Below are positions 17,665 through 27,696 of a DNA stretch of 64,000 nucleotides, piece by piece. The notes beneath the pieces were generated by a model, which saw nothing but the letters and a program-made list of their open reading frames with translations, was not told the origin of the DNA and did not search any database. Positions within the stretch are counted from its first letter, which is position 1, and the number at the start of each line of letters is the position of its first letter. The DNA is taken from the NCBI GenBank assembly GCA_001805105.1, contig MHEE01000013.1, positions 23,826 to 87,825 of the forward strand, in the 5' to 3' direction. This DNA comes from Nitrospirae bacterium GWF2_44_13. GTDB lineage: Bacteria; Nitrospirota; Thermodesulfovibrionia; Thermodesulfovibrionales; UBA1546. The translations under genes and the position numbers were made by a program.

Positions 17665-18927
17665 TTATACCCTTCTTCTCTTATGCTTTGCTGCCGGCGG
17701 CAGAATCCTGTCAATAATATCATCCACTGTAACAATGCCGAGGAGAAACCCTTCGCTGTCAACAACCGGAAGCGCAACAAGGTTATATTTCGATATAATA
17801 CCGGCAACCCGCATTTCATCAGTCTCAGGCGTGACTGTCTTGAACTTGGTTACCATAATATCCGACAGTTTTGTTTCAGGCGGAGAAAGCAGAATTTCCC
17901 TGAGCGACACCACCCCTTTGAGTTTCTCTTCAGCATCCGTTACATATATGTAATAGACGGTTTCAACTTCTTCTGCATCTCTTCTGAAACTTTCGATAGC
18001 CTCCTTTACGCTCGTTTCGGGCCTGTACGCTATAAACGCATTTGTCATAATACCGCCTGCTGTGTCTTCTTCATGCCCCATAAGTTCCTGAATGTCCTCT
18101 GCGTCCTCTTTTTCAAGACTGCCTAAAATTTCCTGCGCCTTTTCTGCGGACAGGTCGCTTATGACATCAGCAGCTTCATCAGGAGGCATCTCCTCTATGA
18201 TGTCAGCGGCTTTATCAGTATCCATCCCTGTTATTATTGCCGCCTGTGTCTCGGGTTCAAGTTCTGAAAGCGCCTCAGCAGCTGTTTCCGCATCAAGGCC
18301 CTTAAACAGAATAGCGCCCTCTTTGTGAGAAACCTGGCTTATTATCGCTGCCAGGTCCGCAGGATGCAGATCAGCCACCATCTGCCTTGGAACCGTGAGT
18401 GATATTGCAGTAAGTTTTGGTTCCAGCGGCTGTATATAATTCCAGCTTATAAGATTGTACGGCAGGTGCATCCTGAGAAGCCTCATCAGGTCTTCTCCGC
18501 CTCTCTCAACTCCGAGCCTCCTCATTATTCCCCTCATTCCCACATCAACGGCTAAAAGCACAGCCTCTGTGTTAAGCCCTTCGAGCTTGACGTCATTCAC
18601 CCTCACAACCTTTGCTCCATTTGCATCAACAATCTGCTTATCAAAAATATCCCTTGCCACAAGCAGGTCTTTCTCGCTGAGTTCGTAGGACTGAAGCCTT
18701 GCGCCGTAAATATTCGCGGCGATTATTCTTTTATTGAATATGCTCAAATCACTCCATTGGAGATTAAAGAGCTTTCTTTTCCTCTCGATAACAAGGTTGG
18801 AAATCTTCGGCAATGGCTCGCCTTTAACAACAACAAGGTCCTTCACCCTGCCGAGTTCTTCGCCTCTAGGGTCAAGGACAGGTTTTCTTAATATTTCACT
18901 TACAAAAAGTTCACTGAAAAAAGGCAT
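17665..18927 (-). CDS. soluble PRC-barrel / MgtE-N / CBS-pair protein (MgtE cytosolic sensor module without channel domain)
   Basis: ORF track, 420 aa. MgtE_N-like acidic helical repeat (DLHPADLAAII...DKAADIIEEMPPDEAADVISDL), then two CBS motifs. The protein ends after the CBS pair with no TM region. Confidence 0.75.
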   Translation of the reverse strand: MPFFSELFVSEILRKPVLDPRGEELGRVKDLVVVKGEPLPKISNLVIERKRKLFNLQWSDLSIFNKRIIAANIYGARLQSYELSEKDLLVARDIFDKQIVDANGAKVVRVNDVKLEGLNTEAVLLAVDVGMRGIMRRLGVERGGEDLMRLLRMHLPYNLISWNYIQPLEPKLTAISLTVPRQMVADLHPADLAAIISQVSHKEGAILFKGLDAETAAEALSELEPETQAAIITGMDTDKAADIIEEMPPDEAADVISDLSAEKAQEILGSLEKEDAEDIQELMGHEEDTAGGIMTNAFIAYRPETSVKEAIESFRRDAEEVETVYYIYVTDAEEKLKGVVSLREILLSPPETKLSDIMVTKFKTVTPETDEMRVAGIISKYNLVALPVVDSEGFLLGIVTVDDIIDRILPPAAKHKRRRV

Positions 18928-19043
18928 CTCTATCTCCTGGATATTATCGGGACTTAACTGCTAATTATAAAGTATAGCTTACTGGTTTTTATTTCAGCAA
19001 TACAGAAATGATACTGGTTAAAAGAAACGGGTAATAATTCAAA

Positions 19044-19892
19044 CTAAACGAATACCGGCTTTGACGATTTTTTTATTATCCCTCTCTCCTCTGCCATGTC
19101 CAGAAGTTTCCTTACGGCTCTTATGCCGTCATCGCCAAGGTCAATCGAATAATCATTGACATAGAGCTTGATATGTTCATCAATAACGGAATCATCAAGC
19201 TCCCGTGAATGCTCTTTTATATATTTCACCCCGAGCATCTCGGGGCGGCTCATTGCATATTGCACGCTTTCCCTTATAAGTCTCTCAATTTTGCTAATAA
19301 CATCTATCCCCAGACTTCTCTCTGCGATAATACAGCCCAATGGTATCGGCATATCTGTCTCCTTTTCCCACCACGCACCAAGGTCAATAATCTTTTTCAG
19401 CCCATAAGATGAATAAGTAAATCTTCCTTCATGGATTATCAGCCCTGCATCAGCTTTTCCCTCTTTAACCGCACCCATAATTTCATGAAACGGCATCGCT
19501 TTGACATTACTCCTGAAATCAGGGTCATAAAGCTGTAAGAGAAGATAAGCTGTGGTAAGCTCTCCGGGGATTGCTATTGTCTTTCCTTTCAAATCTTTCA
19601 TTTCACATTCTTTTGAAGCTACAACCAATGGCCCGCATCCCCTTCCAAGCGCTCCGCCTGAACGCAGAAGACAGTAATCATCCCTAAGATTCCCAAATGC
19701 GTTATATGAAACTTTTGTTATATCAAGCTCTCTTTTCATCGCACTCAGGTTGAGAGTTTCCACATCAAGCAGGATTTCCTTGAATTTTAAGCCACCTGTA
19801 TCTATCTTCCCATGCACAAGCGCATAAAAGATGAAGGTGTCATTCGGACAGGGGGAGTATCCAAGAGAAAGGGTTCTCATTTTAATGGACAT
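19044..19892 (-). CDS. mqnD: 1,4-dihydroxy-6-naphthoate synthase (futalosine pathway, MqnA/MqnD family)
   Basis: ORF track, 282 aa. LGYSPCPNDTFIFYALVHG N-terminal block, recalled as characteristic of MqnD. Confidence 0.7.
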   Translation of the reverse strand: MSIKMRTLSLGYSPCPNDTFIFYALVHGKIDTGGLKFKEILLDVETLNLSAMKRELDITKVSYNAFGNLRDDYCLLRSGGALGRGCGPLVVASKECEMKDLKGKTIAIPGELTTAYLLLQLYDPDFRSNVKAMPFHEIMGAVKEGKADAGLIIHEGRFTYSSYGLKKIIDLGAWWEKETDMPIPLGCIIAERSLGIDVISKIERLIRESVQYAMSRPEMLGVKYIKEHSRELDDSVIDEHIKLYVNDYSIDLGDDGIRAVRKLLDMAEERGIIKKSSKPVFV

Positions 19893-20518
19893 CCTTCACA
19901 AACAGGTTTTGGCTTGCAGAATTCTTTTCCTACTCTCACAAACAACGCATGATATTCGTTAAATAGCCTAACATCTTTTTTAAACGCAGAATGGAAAAGC
20001 TCCTGAAATTTATCGTATGCCTCATCATGCCCTAAAATATTATGCCTTGAGAGAACCCTTTTGGTATAAGCATCAATAACAAAAATGGGCTTATCAAGTA
20101 CATAGAGAAGAATAGAATCCGCTGTCTCAGGGCCCATGCCGTTAACATCAAGAAGTTTTTTCCTGAGTGAATGAATCTCTTCACTTCCCATCTTCTTCAT
20201 GCTTCCGTGATAAGCATTCATCAGAAAATTAATAAACGACTTAAGCCTTTTTGCTTTGATATTAAAATAACCTGACGGCTGTATTAATAAGGCAAGTTTT
20301 TTCACGGGCATATCATGAATAGCCTTTGCATTCAGGACTTTCTCTTTTTTTAGATTATTTATCGCCTTCTCAACGTTCCCCCAGTTTGTATTCTGCGTAA
20401 GTATTGCGCCGACTGCAACCTCAAAAGGCGTATCGCCCGGCCACCAGTTCTGCGGGCCAAAGGATTTGTAGAGTTTTTTGTAGATTGAGACAAGTTTTTT
20501 GTTTTTCATAACCTTCAC
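19877..20518 (-). CDS. HhH-GPD superfamily endonuclease III-related protein
   Basis: ORF track, 213 aa. ILTQNTNW, a helix-hairpin-helix LLDVNGMGPETADSILLY, and a C-terminal Cys cluster CKPKPVCEGCPL. Confidence 0.75.
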   Translation of the reverse strand: MKVMKNKKLVSIYKKLYKSFGPQNWWPGDTPFEVAVGAILTQNTNWGNVEKAINNLKKEKVLNAKAIHDMPVKKLALLIQPSGYFNIKAKRLKSFINFLMNAYHGSMKKMGSEEIHSLRKKLLDVNGMGPETADSILLYVLDKPIFVIDAYTKRVLSRHNILGHDEAYDKFQELFHSAFKKDVRLFNEYHALFVRVGKEFCKPKPVCEGCPLK

Positions 20519-22242
20519 CCCACCTTCACCTTTTTCTGCATCTCAAAAAGATCGATTATCTCCTTGACAGAATTAGCATCCTCGGGCTTTTTGTCTTCTC
20601 TCAGAAAGCCGACTGCCCTTGGGAAGCGCAGTGCGTAGCCTATGCCTTCCTTGTCCTTGCCTGCTGTATGTGAAGGAGAGCGTGTAATTTCATCTGCCGT
20701 GACTGTCACAACATATCTCGGCTCTACCCATACATCTGCCTCCATAACGGAATCTACCCTCGGATGCCTGTGAGAGATAGATATTTCATCAAGGATTTTT
20801 TTGAGCTGGAGAAATTCATCCTCTGAAAAGCCTGTGCCGACCTTGCTTACAGTCTTGAATGAGTCTGTCTTTGGCTCATAGACTGCGCCGAGAAAAGCCC
20901 CTACACCGAACTTTGCCCTTGCTCCCTTGCCCCTGAAATAACCGACTATGCACACATCAATCGTATCTGCAAGCTCTCCCCTGTAACTTCTCTTAAGTTT
21001 AATCCAGTTGAAGTTCCTGCCTCCCGCTGCATAGGGCGCATCAAGCCTTTTCGCAACAACACCCTCAAGCCCCCTTGCTATGGCATCCTCAAAATATTTT
21101 GTGATATCTTCATGCCTGTCCGTGATAAACAATTCAGACGGTTCAATCACAGAATTCTTCTTTATAATTTTTTTCAGCTTCTCTCTTCTTTCACTGAAAA
21201 GCTTTGGAGTATAGTCCTCTCCATCTGCATAAAGAAGATCAAAGGCAAAAAACTTCAGGGGATATTCTTTTGCAAGTTCCTCAATCCCGTGCTTTCTTTT
21301 TCTTTGAATCGTAATCTGAAATGGAAAAAGCTCGCCTGTTGATTCATTGTATGCAAGCGCTTCCCCTTCAATGATTGCAGTATCCGCAGTTATAAAATTT
21401 TTTACAGCCTCTTTTATCTCGGGGAACATGAGAGTTGTCCTCTCAAGGTTTCTTGAGAACATGTCAATATTATTTTTGTTTTTATGAATCTGCACCCTGA
21501 AACCGTCGTATTTAGCCTCTATGGCAGCTTCCCCTATTTTCTCTATAATCTCCTCCGATGAAGGAAGCCTTTCACACAACGCCATGCGTATCGGATAACC
21601 GACTCTCACATGAAATTTATTTACCCCCCCTATCCCCTTTTCAAGTAATGTTTTTGCAACAAGCCCCAGATCGGAGCAGAGGTTATAAGCCCTTTCAAGC
21701 TCGGGCCTTAATGATCTGTCTCCCTGCGCAAGCGCCAAGGCTTCGAGCACAGTTGGATCGCCGATTCCAAGCCTCAACCTACCGATAACAAACCGCGCAA
21801 TATACTTTGCCTCTTCCGGAGATACTCCCCTTAAAAGACTGCTTAGAAGCCCAATCTTCTTTTCAACGCTTCCTGTGCCTGAGGTCCGGGCAATGGCCGT
21901 AAGTTCTTCATAAACTTTTCTGACTGTAAGATTTTCTCCTTTGTTTTTTATCAATTCCACGGCAGTTTTCCCGAGGTCTCCTGTGTGTTTAAATACATCC
22001 TCAACTTTTTTTGTAGGCGTATTCGTCGCATCTGATATTGCCCTGACAAGAAGTTTTTCCGACATGCCCATCTCAAGGCCGTGAAAAGGCGGAAGAAGCT
22101 CCCCCTGGCCGAGATAGATTATCTTATCTATATCATCTGCATTTGATTCTTTGAAAAGCTGAGAAAGGATATGAAACATCTCAAGTCGCTTTGAGGTTGC
22201 CTCAAGCTTTTCAAAATATTCAACGAGTTTCAGAAATTTCAT
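20515..22242 (-). CDS. lig: ATP-dependent DNA ligase, three-domain (archaeal/eukaryotic Lig1-like)
   Basis: ORF track, 575 aa. Adenylation motif I EAKYDGFRVQIH, a long N-terminal DNA-binding domain and a C-terminal OB domain. Confidence 0.9.
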   Translation of the reverse strand: MKFLKLVEYFEKLEATSKRLEMFHILSQLFKESNADDIDKIIYLGQGELLPPFHGLEMGMSEKLLVRAISDATNTPTKKVEDVFKHTGDLGKTAVELIKNKGENLTVRKVYEELTAIARTSGTGSVEKKIGLLSSLLRGVSPEEAKYIARFVIGRLRLGIGDPTVLEALALAQGDRSLRPELERAYNLCSDLGLVAKTLLEKGIGGVNKFHVRVGYPIRMALCERLPSSEEIIEKIGEAAIEAKYDGFRVQIHKNKNNIDMFSRNLERTTLMFPEIKEAVKNFITADTAIIEGEALAYNESTGELFPFQITIQRKRKHGIEELAKEYPLKFFAFDLLYADGEDYTPKLFSERREKLKKIIKKNSVIEPSELFITDRHEDITKYFEDAIARGLEGVVAKRLDAPYAAGGRNFNWIKLKRSYRGELADTIDVCIVGYFRGKGARAKFGVGAFLGAVYEPKTDSFKTVSKVGTGFSEDEFLQLKKILDEISISHRHPRVDSVMEADVWVEPRYVVTVTADEITRSPSHTAGKDKEGIGYALRFPRAVGFLREDKKPEDANSVKEIIDLFEMQKKVKVG

Positions 22243-22369
22243 ATGCGATAGCCCCTAATTTTATTAAATTATAGCAGTGATATGATGGATATGTCATTGA
22301 AAAACAGAACGCTGTTATAGACATGGGCGGCTGCCCATATTACCCCCCGCTATGTTATCATCATTAACT

Positions 22370-23110
22370 ATGGAAGAACGTTTACAGAAGATACTTGCAA
22401 AGATGGGGATTGCTTCAAGAAGAGGCGCTGAGGAGATTATCCTTGAAGAAAGGGTCACTATAAACGGAAAGGTTGCATCCCTCGGTATGAAGGCAGACCT
22501 TTCAAAAGACCATATAAAATTAGACGGAAAACTTCTAACAAAACCTGAGCCGAAGGTCTATCTAATGATAAACAAGCCAAGGGGAGTTATTACAACCCTT
22601 GCAGAAGAGGAAGAAAGGCCGACTATAAAAGATTATTTAAGGAATATCAGATACAGGGTTTTCCCTGTTGGCAGGCTTGACTTTGATTCCGAAGGGCTGC
22701 TGCTGCTTACAAATGACGGTGATTTCGCACATTCAATTTTGCACCCGTCAAAGAAGATGCCAAAAACATATCATGTTAAAATAAAAGGCATCATTGAGGA
22801 CGAAAAGATAGAGAAGCTGAGAAAAGGGATAAGGCTTAAGGACGGAGTTACCGCGCCTGCCAAAGTAAAGAAACTCAGAAAAGCAGAGGAAAATTGCTGG
22901 ATTGAGATTACTATCTATGAAGGTAAAAAAAGGCAGGTAAGGAGAATGTGCGAGCAGGTCGGGCACCCTGTGCTTAAACTCAAACGCATAAAAATCAACG
23001 GCATAGATATTGGAAATCTTCGCTCAGGAGAGTTAAGATATTTAACTCCGGATGAGGTTAAAAAAATAAAGAAAGAGGCAATGAATGACTCGGGACAAAA
23101 GCTGCGGTGA
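22370..23110 (+). CDS. rluB: rRNA pseudouridine synthase, RsuA/RluB family
   Basis: ORF track. S4 domain ([15 protein letters not shown]) and [17 protein letters not shown] catalytic block. Start (22352 or 22370) is uncertain. Confidence 0.85.
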   Translation: MEERLQKILAKMGIASRRGAEEIILEERVTINGKVASLGMKADLSKDHIKLDGKLLTKPEPKVYLMINKPRGVITTLAEEEERPTIKDYLRNIRYRVFPVGRLDFDSEGLLLLTNDGDFAHSILHPSKKMPKTYHVKIKGIIEDEKIEKLRKGIRLKDGVTAPAKVKKLRKAEENCWIEITIYEGKKRQVRRMCEQVGHPVLKLKRIKINGIDIGNLRSGELRYLTPDEVKKIKKEAMNDSGQKLR

Positions 23111-24878
23111 ACTCAGGGAATCTGACATAGGCTCAAATCTGAGCCTTGCCGGATGGGTATTCAGAAGGAGAGACCACGGAGGCCTCATATTCATTGATCT
23201 CAGAGACAGGAGCGGACTCTGCCAGATTGTATTCAATCCTGACATTGCAGGTGATTCGCATACTAACGCGCATGACTTGAGGGCTGAATATGTCATAGCT
23301 GTGTCAGGCGAGATACGAAGAAGGCCTGAAGGCACGGAAAATCCCAATATCCCAACAGGCGCAGTTGAGATGTACGTCAACAAACTTGAAGTCCTGAACG
23401 AGTCATCACCATTGCCTTATAACATGGAAGAAGCCGCAGACGCAGGAGAGGCATTACGGCTTAAGTACAGATATCTTGACCTCAGAAGGCCTGAGATGCA
23501 GCAGAACCTTACTACGCGTCACAAGATTACAAAGGCAACAAGAGATTATCTCGATGAGAGGGGATTTCTTGAGATAGAAACACCGATGCTTACAAAATCC
23601 ACACCTGAAGGCGCAAGGGATTATCTTGTTCCGAGCAGGCTGAACCCAGGGCATTTTTATGCTCTCCCGCAATCACCTCAGCTTTTCAAACAGATATTGA
23701 TGGTTGCAGGAATGGAGAAGTATTTCCAGATTGTGAAATGTTTCCGTGACGAAGACCTAAGGGCAGACAGACAGCCTGAATTTACACAGATTGATTTGGA
23801 GATGTCATTTGTCGACAGAGAAGATGTCATTTCTCTCATGGAAGAAATGATGAAGAAGATTTTTAAAGATGTGCTTTCAATTGATATAGAAACACCTTTT
23901 CAGAGATTAAGTTTTCATGAATCAATGGAGAGATTTGGAAACGACAAGCCTGATATGAGATTCGGGCTTGAACTTAAGGATATGGCAGACCTTGCCATGA
24001 AAGGCACATTCAAGGTATTTCTTGATGCAATAAATGACAGGGGAATGGTAAAGGCGCTTAACGGCAAGGGCATGGCAGGGCTTTCAAGGAAAGATATAGA
24101 CACGCTAACAGCAGAAGCGCAGTCTTATGGCGCAAAAGGCCTTGCATGGATAAAGGTCAAGTCTGCCTCAGGCGGAGGTTTTGAATCTCCTATAGCCAAG
24201 TTCTTCCCTGAAGAGATACTTAAAAAGATGGCTGAAAGGCTTGAAGCAAAAGAAGGCGATTTAATGATGTTCGTAGCTGATAAGCCCAAGATTACTTATG
24301 ACGCCTTAAGCAGGCTCAGGCTTGCGCTCGGCGAAAGATTAAACCTCATTAAGCCGGGATATAAATTTGTATGGATAACTGATTTTCCGTTGCTTGAATG
24401 GGATGAAGAGGAAAACAGGTTTCAGGCAATGCACCATCCCTTCACATCACCCATGAATGAAGATATAGAAAAAATGCTTTCGGGAAATATTAACGATAAA
24501 GACCTTCTCTCATCATTAAAGGCAAAGGCGTATGACATTGTTTTAAATGGTTATGAGATTGGCGGCGGAAGCATCCGTATTCACAGGCAGGACGTTCAGA
24601 AAAAGATGTTTGATGTCCTGAATATCTCAGAGGAAGAGGCTAAGGTGAAGTTCGGCTTCCTGCTTGATGCGCTCCAGTATGGCGCTCCTCCGCATGGAGG
24701 CATCGCCCTCGGACTTGACAGGCTTGTGATGATAATGGTCGGAGCAACATCTATAAGAGACGTTATCGCATTTCCCAAGACACAGAAGGCTGTCTGCATG
24801 ATGTCCGGAGCGCCTTCAACAGTAGAACCAAAACAACTGAGAGAGCTTTACATAAAGACAGATGTGCCAATAGAATAG
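23085..24878 (+). CDS. aspS: aspartate--tRNA ligase
   Basis: ORF track, 597 aa. Class II motifs ([33 protein letters not shown]) and a bacterial-type insertion domain. Confidence 0.97.
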   Translation: MTRDKSCGELRESDIGSNLSLAGWVFRRRDHGGLIFIDLRDRSGLCQIVFNPDIAGDSHTNAHDLRAEYVIAVSGEIRRRPEGTENPNIPTGAVEMYVNKLEVLNESSPLPYNMEEAADAGEALRLKYRYLDLRRPEMQQNLTTRHKITKATRDYLDERGFLEIETPMLTKSTPEGARDYLVPSRLNPGHFYALPQSPQLFKQILMVAGMEKYFQIVKCFRDEDLRADRQPEFTQIDLEMSFVDREDVISLMEEMMKKIFKDVLSIDIETPFQRLSFHESMERFGNDKPDMRFGLELKDMADLAMKGTFKVFLDAINDRGMVKALNGKGMAGLSRKDIDTLTAEAQSYGAKGLAWIKVKSASGGGFESPIAKFFPEEILKKMAERLEAKEGDLMMFVADKPKITYDALSRLRLALGERLNLIKPGYKFVWITDFPLLEWDEEENRFQAMHHPFTSPMNEDIEKMLSGNINDKDLLSSLKAKAYDIVLNGYEIGGGSIRIHRQDVQKKMFDVLNISEEEAKVKFGFLLDALQYGAPPHGGIALGLDRLVMIMVGATSIRDVIAFPKTQKAVCMMSGAPSTVEPKQLRELYIKTDVPIE

Positions 24879-24894
24879 AGTAGTCGTACACATC

Positions 24895-25211
24895 ATGGAA
24901 CAGCCCAAATCAAGGAATGCAGCCCAAAAAATACCATAGCCTTAGTTGTTATCACATTCCTTATCGCTGCAATCATAATCACAAGATTTTACTTAAAGGC
25001 AATAGGCATCCTGATAATATCTGCGGCTGTTCTCATCTATGTTTGGGTATCTTTTGCAAAACTGCCTAAGGAAGAAAAAAGAGCTGTGTTTGAAGCAATG
25101 GAGAAAAGCAATAAAACATCTCTCGGCAAAGCCGTTCAGTTCTTGCAATATCTGATTTACGCCTTAATCGCCGTTGCAGTAATCAGATTGTTTATTGGAC
25201 AGCCGAAATAG
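24895..25211 (+). pseudogene. small two-TM membrane protein ORF with apparent frameshift at an A6 run (or non-canonical start)
   Basis: Manual reading. ATG at 24895 opens MEQPKSRNAAQKIP*, which stops at 24937. The -1 frame continues from ~24930 as NTIALVVITFLIAAIIITRFYLKAIGILIISAAVLIYVWVSFAKLPKEEKRAVFEAMEKSNKTSLGKAVQFLQYLIYALIAVAVIRLFIGQPK*, ending at 25211. The ORF track lists no >=60 aa ORF here, consistent with a missing in-frame start. Confidence 0.35.
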
Positions 25212-25261
25212 ATCAAATAAAAGCAACACGTTCAAGGCTCAGCATTTATTAATATTTCCCC

Positions 25262-25291
25262 TTGTCAAGACATTCTCCACATGGATATAAT
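25262..25291 (+). promoter_or_regulatory. sigma70-like promoter TTGTCA-N18-TATAAT upstream of the sensor kinase
   Basis: Read directly. -35 TTGTCA at 25262-25267 and -10 TATAAT at 25286-25291. Similar architecture at 27634 and 54543. Confidence 0.45.
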
Positions 25292-25354
25292 AAAGCCAAT
25301 ACAGCCATTTGGAAGACACTATACCATGCATCAGGGGTAAAAGGATATTCTTAT

Positions 25355-27604
25355 ATGAAAAGCAAATCCGCAGAAAAACTTCTGAAAGATATTCAAAACC
25401 TTGAAATCCTTGAATCCATAGGTGATGCTGTCAGCATTCAAGATACTAACTTTAAGATTATCTTCCAAAATAAAATCAGTAAGGGGATTGTTGGGTACCA
25501 TGTTGGGGAATATTGCTACGAAGCCTATACCCTTAGAGATAAAACCTGTAAGGACTGTCCTCTGGCTCCAGTTTTTGCTGACGGTAAAACCCATACAGTA
25601 GAAAGAAACAAGCCGTCTGATAAAGGAATGGTTTATCTTGAAATCACAGCCTCGCCTCTAAGGAATTTAAAGGGGGAAATCATAGCAGGAATAGAGGTCA
25701 TGAGAGATATAACTAACCGCAAAGAAACTGAAGAAAGATTAAAGAATAGCGAGGAAAAGTTCAGAAATCTCTCAGAAAACTCTCCAAACATGATTTTTAT
25801 CAATAAAAAGGGTAGAGTGGTTTATGCCAATAAAAAATGTGAAGAAATTATGGGCTATAAGAAAGAAGAGTTTTACTCGCCTGACTTCAACTTTCATGTA
25901 TTGATCGCACCGCAATATCTTGATACAGTCAGCGGAAATTTTCAGAGGCATCTTAAAGGAGAAGAAGTCCCTCCTTATGAGTATACAGTTGTAACCAAAC
26001 AGGGCACGGTTATAGAGGTAATAATCACCACAAAATTAATAAATTACGAAGGAGATACCGCCATTCTTGGAATAATCACTGATATCTCAGAGCAGAAGAA
26101 GACTGAGGAGACGCTGCGGGAAAGCGAAGCACGCTTTCGCAAATTGGTTGAGACAGCCTTTGAAGGTATTGCGATTGCTGAAAATGGCATCTTCTTAGAA
26201 GCAAATAAACTGTTCGCTAAATTGTTTGAATATACATTACCCGAGATAATAGGACTACACATATCTAAGTTAGTAGCCCCAGAAAGTCTTGTTGATGTAA
26301 TGCAAAAGATTCAATCAGGATACGATAGACCTTACGAAGCTGTCTGCGTGACAAAAAATGGGAAACATTTTCCAGTGGAAGCCTGCGGCAAAGCAGTAAT
26401 TTACAACGGCCGGAAAGCAAGAATAACAGCTCTGAGAGACATATCAGGACGCAAAAGATCAGAAGAAGAATCCATAAAGATTCAAAAACTTGAATCGCTC
26501 GGCATACTCGCAGGCGGAATTGCGCACGATTTTAACAATCTTCTTACTGCTATACTTGGCAATGTTTCTTTAGCAAAAATGCATATAAATCCTGAAGATA
26601 AAATTTACGAACTATTGACAGAAGCTGAAAAAGCATCCATGAGGGCAAAAGACCTGACACAGCAACTGCTCACCTTTTCAAAAGGAGGAGAACCCGTCAA
26701 GAAAACTGTTTTGTTAAAGGGGCTTGTACACGATACGTCTTGCTTTGCCCTTAGAGGTTCAAAAACAAAAAGCGAATGCCGGTTTCCTGATAATCTCTGG
26801 CCTGTTGAAATTGACGAAGGTCAGATAACACAGGTGTTTCATAATCTTATCATAAATGCAGACCATGCCATGCCCGAGGGCGGAGTCGTTGATATACATG
26901 CTGAAAATATCACATCAACAGCTGACAAAGCAGGAGCACTACTCATGCCCGGCAAATATGTAAAAATCTCTGTGCATGACAATGGTGTTGGAATACCGAA
27001 AGATCATCTTCAGAAAATATTTGACCCTTATTTCACAACAAAACAGATGGGCAGCGGACTCGGACTTACAACAGCATATTCAATCATCAGAAAACATGAC
27101 GGGGCAGTAACTGTAGAATCTGAACTGGGTAAAGGGACTATTTTAAATATATATTTGCCGGCATCTTCAAAGGAAATTATTTTCCATGAGGAGATAACTG
27201 ACACTGTTTCTTCAGGCAAAGGGAAAATACTGGTAATGGATGACGATGATATGGTCAGGGATGTCGCAGGCGCGATTTTAAGAAGCTTAGGGTATAAGGT
27301 TGAATTTGCAAAAGACGGCACTGAAGCTATTGAACTTTACCAAAAAGCAATAATATCAGGAGAATCGTTTGATGTGGTTATAATGGATCTAACCATCCCA
27401 GGAGGGATGGGCGGAAAAGATGCAATAAAGAAACTGCTGAACATTGACCTGCAGGTTAAGGCGGTTGTATCAAGCGGTTATTCCAATGATCCCATAATGT
27501 CAAACTATAAAGCCCATGGATTCAGCGCAGTAATATCCAAGCCCTACAATGTTATTGATATGAGTAAGACATTGCATGAATTAATAAATAGTTGTATTCA
27601 CTAA
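25355..27604 (+). CDS. hybrid sensor histidine kinase (PAS repeats - HisKA - HATPase - receiver)
   Basis: ORF track. Several PAS/PAC segments, H-box GGIAHDFNNLL, N/G boxes, and a C-terminal receiver (ILVMDDDD...VIMDLTIPGG). Start moved to MKSKSAEK. Confidence 0.9.
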   Translation: MKSKSAEKLLKDIQNLEILESIGDAVSIQDTNFKIIFQNKISKGIVGYHVGEYCYEAYTLRDKTCKDCPLAPVFADGKTHTVERNKPSDKGMVYLEITASPLRNLKGEIIAGIEVMRDITNRKETEERLKNSEEKFRNLSENSPNMIFINKKGRVVYANKKCEEIMGYKKEEFYSPDFNFHVLIAPQYLDTVSGNFQRHLKGEEVPPYEYTVVTKQGTVIEVIITTKLINYEGDTAILGIITDISEQKKTEETLRESEARFRKLVETAFEGIAIAENGIFLEANKLFAKLFEYTLPEIIGLHISKLVAPESLVDVMQKIQSGYDRPYEAVCVTKNGKHFPVEACGKAVIYNGRKARITALRDISGRKRSEEESIKIQKLESLGILAGGIAHDFNNLLTAILGNVSLAKMHINPEDKIYELLTEAEKASMRAKDLTQQLLTFSKGGEPVKKTVLLKGLVHDTSCFALRGSKTKSECRFPDNLWPVEIDEGQITQVFHNLIINADHAMPEGGVVDIHAENITSTADKAGALLMPGKYVKISVHDNGVGIPKDHLQKIFDPYFTTKQMGSGLGLTTAYSIIRKHDGAVTVESELGKGTILNIYLPASSKEIIFHEEITDTVSSGKGKILVMDDDDMVRDVAGAILRSLGYKVEFAKDGTEAIELYQKAIISGESFDVVIMDLTIPGGMGGKDAIKKLLNIDLQVKAVVSSGYSNDPIMSNYKAHGFSAVISKPYNVIDMSKTLHELINSCIH

Positions 27605-27633
27605 CCTCCTCAACGTCTTTAATTTTCATGCCC

Positions 27634-27663
27634 TTGTCAATCCCCGCTCTGCACGGATATAAT
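27634..27663 (+). promoter_or_regulatory. sigma70-like promoter TTGTCA-N18-TATATA upstream of leuS
   Basis: Read directly. CCCTTGTCAA...GGATAT context shared with the 25262 promoter. AGAGGAG RBS downstream. Confidence 0.4.
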
Positions 27664-27696
27664 AAGTGCTATATTTCATAGAGGAGAAAAACTATC

